A DNA stretch of 64,000 nucleotides from Candidatus Methanoperedenaceae archaeon (GTDB taxonomy: Archaea; Halobacteriota; Methanosarcinia; Methanosarcinales; Methanoperedenaceae): the NCBI GenBank assembly GCA_963753595.1, contig CAVWCX010000036.1:150349-214348 (forward strand). Direction: 5' to 3'. The notes under the pieces were generated by a model. It saw only the letters and a list, made by a program, of their open reading frames with translations, was not told the origin of the DNA and did not search any database. The position numbers and the translations under genes were made by a program. Positions 60,348 to 64,000 of this stretch are shown here, piece after piece; the first letter of the stretch is position 1; every line of letters begins with the position of its first letter.

Positions 60348-61379
60348 CTAAAGATCCCAAAATTTCCGATGGATTTTCTTTACTTCATCCAATCGAGCCC
60401 TTACCTGTGAGCTTACCTCATATTGAATTCTATGCACTTCTTTTCCCATTAATACATCCAGAACAGCAACAACACAGCGCGAAAGAAGATCAAGGTCATA
60501 ACCCCCTTCCAGGACCATAGCGACTTTTCCCCCGCAGTTCTCCCTCGCAATTGATCTTACAATAGATGCAAGAACTGAGTAACCTTCTACGCTCATTCTC
60601 ATATCTGCGAGGCCATCCTTATTGCATGCATCAAACCCTGCTGAAACCAATACGATATCGGGACGAAACTTACGCGCTACCGGAACAAGTATCTCCTCAA
60701 ATGCAGCAATGAAACCTGAATCATCTGTTCCGGCAGGCAGAGGTACATTGATATTATATCCTTCACCGTCGCCTGTACCTGTTTCATCAAGCCACCCGGT
60801 ACCGGGATAATGCGGATACTCGTGGGTTGAAAAATACAATACCGACGGGTCATCATAAAATGCATCCTGGGTCCCGTTCCCATGATGCACATCCCAGTCC
60901 ACGATCAGCACACGCTTTTTACTTCTTTTCTGGGCATGGCGCGCTGCAATGGCGATATTGTTGAATATACAAAATCCCATTCCTCCTTTCGGGATTGCAT
61001 GATGCCCTGGCGGCCTCACGAGCGCAAATGAAGCATCAAGCGCATCGATCACAGAATCAACAGCGGTTATGGCGCCTCCTGCTGCAAGGAGTGCTACTTC
61101 GTATGAATCCAGGGATAAAACAGTATCAGGGTCAAGGGGCATCTCAAGTTCTGAATATCTCCTGGCTTTTTCGATATAATCTTTGTGATGTATATACTGG
61201 ATTTCTTCAATACTTGCAGGCTTTGGCTCGGCCAATTCCAGCTTTGGAAGTATACCTGTTTCTTTCAGGCGGGCTATTATCGAAAGCAGGCGCTCTTTTC
61301 TTTCAGGATGTGGTCCTGTGTCGTGTTTCAGGTAATCAGGATGGTAAATAATGCCCGTTCGGGTCGAAATGTTTGACAA
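60348..61379 (-). CDS. Histone deacetylase-family protein
   Basis: [35 protein letters not shown]. Confidence 0.95.
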   Translation of the reverse strand: MSNISTRTGIIYHPDYLKHDTGPHPERKERLLSIIARLKETGILPKLELAEPKPASIEEIQYIHHKDYIEKARRYSELEMPLDPDTVLSLDSYEVALLAAGGAITAVDSVIDALDASFALVRPPGHHAIPKGGMGFCIFNNIAIAARHAQKRSKKRVLIVDWDVHHGNGTQDAFYDDPSVLYFSTHEYPHYPGTGWLDETGTGDGEGYNINVPLPAGTDDSGFIAAFEEILVPVARKFRPDIVLVSAGFDACNKDGLADMRMSVEGYSVLASIVRSIARENCGGKVAMVLEGGYDLDLLSRCVVAVLDVLMGKEVHRIQYEVSSQVRARLDEVKKIHRKFWDL

Positions 61380-61409
61380 TTTATTAAAAAGAAAATGGAA
61401 AAGATCTAT

Positions 61410-61808
61410 TTAAGCAATTTTCTTCCCTGCATTGGGGCCGTATGTTGCGTCGTATATCTCTTTCACATGGAATACGAATGCGGACTTTCCGGGCAATTTT
61501 TTGGAATCTGCCATCTCTTTGGCACTTGCAAACTTCTCCCCTTTGCTCTCTATATCTACTGTCCCTTTTATCTGGTAGGATTTTTTGGCATCACCATCAT
61601 AAGCGACGATTGCCATGTTGGGATTTGCTTCAATGTTCTTTCGCGTCTTGTTGAAGAAATTATCTACAAATAATATTGTTTCATCATCCAGTATTTTCCA
61701 CATTGTAACAAATACTACATTGGGTTTCCCACTCTTATCGGCTGTCGCTATAGGCAATGGTTTTTGCTTTGCGACAATATCCTTTACTTCAGGAGGCATT
61801 TTCACCAT
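61410..61808 (-). CDS. Pyridoxamine 5'-phosphate oxidase-like FMN-binding protein
   Basis: ATADKSGKPNV, KT..NI..NP, YQIKG. Confidence 0.85.
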   Translation of the reverse strand: MVKMPPEVKDIVAKQKPLPIATADKSGKPNVVFVTMWKILDDETILFVDNFFNKTRKNIEANPNMAIVAYDGDAKKSYQIKGTVDIESKGEKFASAKEMADSKKLPGKSAFVFHVKEIYDATYGPNAGKKIA

Positions 61809-61893
61809 AAATTATCACCTTTATACGGTAAGTTTGCATTTAATTTAAAGTTTTTGATTTCATGAGGTTTGTCAAAAACTTTAGTGTTGGTGC

Positions 61894-62214
61894 TTATTTT
61901 GAAGTATTTGTTGGTGTGGGGGCAGGCGTTGAAGTATTTGATGGTGTTGGAGTGGGCTTTGGATTCCTAATATCAATTTTATCTACATTATCCATCCAAT
62001 TTGTAAGCCTTTCTTCTTCACTACTTTGTTTAGTTACATTATCACTCGCTTTTATTGCATTATCCTTGAGGATTCCACCTGAATAAATAAACATTATTCC
62101 TACTAAACCAGCTATTAACGCAATGGCGATAAAAATAATAAATGTGCCTATGCCACCTTCACCTTTGTTTTCATCAAGGATCATCTTTTTTATTCTCATG
62201 CATAATATAATCAA
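61894..62214 (-). CDS. Small protein with archaellin-type class III signal peptide and Pro/Thr tail
   Basis: DENKG/EGGIGTFIIFIAIALIA; PTPTP tail. Confidence 0.65.
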   Translation of the reverse strand: MIILCMRIKKMILDENKGEGGIGTFIIFIAIALIAGLVGIMFIYSGGILKDNAIKASDNVTKQSSEEERLTNWMDNVDKIDIRNPKPTPTPSNTSTPAPTPTNTSK

Positions 62215-62302
62215 GGTTACACATATATTAATAAATGTGTGAGATTTGTGTGATGTTGAAAAACCACAAGTAATATAAATCCTGATAACAATCAGTCAGC
62301 CC

Positions 62303-63604
62303 ATGAAAATCTACAGGTCATACGAGGATTTACCAAAGATCAAACTGCCGCTGGGGCAGGAAGTCTTTATAAGCGACAGCACGATACGGGATGGCTCGCA
62401 GATGCCGGGAATAGTGATGAAAAAACGGCATAAGACTGAAATTTATGAATATCTTCATAAGATCGGCATCGAGAAGCTTGAGACATTTCTTTTTAATGAT
62501 CGTGACAGGGAAGCTGCTAAAGAAATGCTTGACAGGGGATATGAGTTCCCTGAAGTGACCGGATGGGCGCGCGCAAATCCAAAGGACATTGATTTTATCC
62601 TGAGCATGGACGGGATAAAGGAAACGGGTATCCTGATGTCGGTTTCAGATTCCCATGTCATTGACAAGATGGGACTTAAGAACAGGGAAGAAGCAGAGAA
62701 GAAATATACAGATGCATTGCAGTATGCAGTTGACCACGGCCTTAAGACCAGGGCGCATATCGAGGACATGACACGCGCCGATAATGAGGGTTTTGTTTTC
62801 CCGCTTATTGAAAAGCTTCTCCAGATCGATCCTGATTGCATAATCCGCCTTTGTGATACGGTTGGCTTCGGATTACCATTTCCGGGCGTCGATGAGCCCT
62901 ATGGCATCCCCCATATCACACAGCGCCTTCGCGAGATAGGGACTAAGAATATCGAGACACATATCCATGATGACTTTGGGATGTCAGTGGCATGTTCCAT
63001 AGCAGGATACTGGTACGGTGCGAACTGGTCAAGCCTTACTTTCCTTGGCATCGGCGAAAGGGCGGGGAACGCAGAGCTTGAAAAAGTGGCGCTATTCTTG
63101 ATCCAGAGAGTAGAAGGATTTGAAAAATACGACTTAAGATCCATAACCGAATTTGCCAGATTCATGGAAAGAGAGATAGGGATACGTGTCCCCCGAAATA
63201 AATCTGTAGTTGGAAAGAACATTTTTGCCCATGAAAGCGGCATTCATACCGCTGGCATCATCAAGAATCCGTTCACGTATGAACCATATCCACCTGAGCT
63301 CGTGGGCGGAAAAAGGGAACTTATGATCGGTGATTCTTCGGGGCTTGAGGTCATACGCTTCAAGGTAGAAGAAACGCTTAATGAATTGATGCATATTAAT
63401 ACCAAGATCGATAAGAGCGACCCGCGCATCAAGTCGATCCAGGCTGATATCCAGAGATTGTACAATGAGGAGCAGCGGGTTTCGGCAATTTCAGATGAAG
63501 AGCTCAAGAAATTCGTTGAGAAATATTTCATGCTTGAGTCTATCATTGATGAGCATAGCTCCAATGAAATGCATTCTGATAAAACGAGAAAGAATAAAAA
63601 TTAA
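62303..63604 (+). CDS. LeuA/homocitrate/Re-citrate synthase family (DRE-TIM) enzyme
   Basis: DSTIRDGSQ, HIHDDFG, GIGERAGNA, FAHESGIH. Confidence 0.9.
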   Translation: MKIYRSYEDLPKIKLPLGQEVFISDSTIRDGSQMPGIVMKKRHKTEIYEYLHKIGIEKLETFLFNDRDREAAKEMLDRGYEFPEVTGWARANPKDIDFILSMDGIKETGILMSVSDSHVIDKMGLKNREEAEKKYTDALQYAVDHGLKTRAHIEDMTRADNEGFVFPLIEKLLQIDPDCIIRLCDTVGFGLPFPGVDEPYGIPHITQRLREIGTKNIETHIHDDFGMSVACSIAGYWYGANWSSLTFLGIGERAGNAELEKVALFLIQRVEGFEKYDLRSITEFARFMEREIGIRVPRNKSVVGKNIFAHESGIHTAGIIKNPFTYEPYPPELVGGKRELMIGDSSGLEVIRFKVEETLNELMHINTKIDKSDPRIKSIQADIQRLYNEEQRVSAISDEELKKFVEKYFMLESIIDEHSSNEMHSDKTRKNKN

Positions 63605-63877
63605 TTAATTTTTTATCAATTTAATTTTTTTTTTATTTTGCTGTAACCTGACACTAACTCAGGGATCTCACCCATTGGCTATTGCCGTTGTCCGTCCCCG
63701 TTACCCTCGTGTCAGGTAATTTCGCGTGTACCGCATTGGGGTTGTCTGTACGGTCATCGATTTGGCGTTGCCGTTCTCCCGCAAGGACCTATCAACACGA
63801 TTTTCCAGATTTCGTAGGTCTGGAAGCTTATAATTGATTTTTAAGTATATAGGCTTATTGTCCACTTGAAACAGGGG

Positions 63878-64000
63878 TTACGCCCTTAACATCTTCATGA
63901 TGTCGTGTTTTGTAACAACACCTATTACCTTCCCTGTTTCAAGAACAAGGACGGCAGGATTTTTCTCAAGTATCCTTGAAACAGTATTGGCATCTGTTGT
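63878..64000 (-). CDS. C-terminus of a CBS-domain protein (partial)
   Basis: PAVLVLETGKVIGVVTKHDIMK*. Confidence 0.7.
   Translation of the reverse strand, partial: TTDANTVSRILEKNPAVLVLETGKVIGVVTKHDIMKMLRA

Overview
Archaeal chromosomal window. The housekeeping genes (thermosome, core MetE, archaellin-type signal peptide, archaeal tRNAs) suggest a Methanosarcinales archaeon, possibly Ca. Methanoperedens-like (inference). About 54-64 kb is ordinary core genome with two tRNA-Gln genes. About 25-54 kb is a virus-like element integrated next to tRNA-Gln(TTG). It carries a tyrosine integrase, an RHH regulator switch, MCM helicase, a terminase pair with no visible portal or capsid, a methyltransferase-SNF2 fusion, its own PriS/PriL primase, many small genes, an antisense group II intron and an IS200 remnant. 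About 1-25 kb is a defence island: an integron-like cassette array (integrase remnants, attI- and attC-like sites, TA pair, Sir2-HerA), a cyclase-like / aaRS-paralogue / 2TM trio, a UvrD-nuclease, an AlwI-type R-M system, a ParB + PRTase pair, a soluble + 4TM pair and ParA. The most striking unexplained signal is a ~33-bp bulged hairpin with compensatory base changes. It occurs six times in one orientation, at module boundaries in both the cassette array and the integrated element. All calls come from motif reading by eye; no searches were run.
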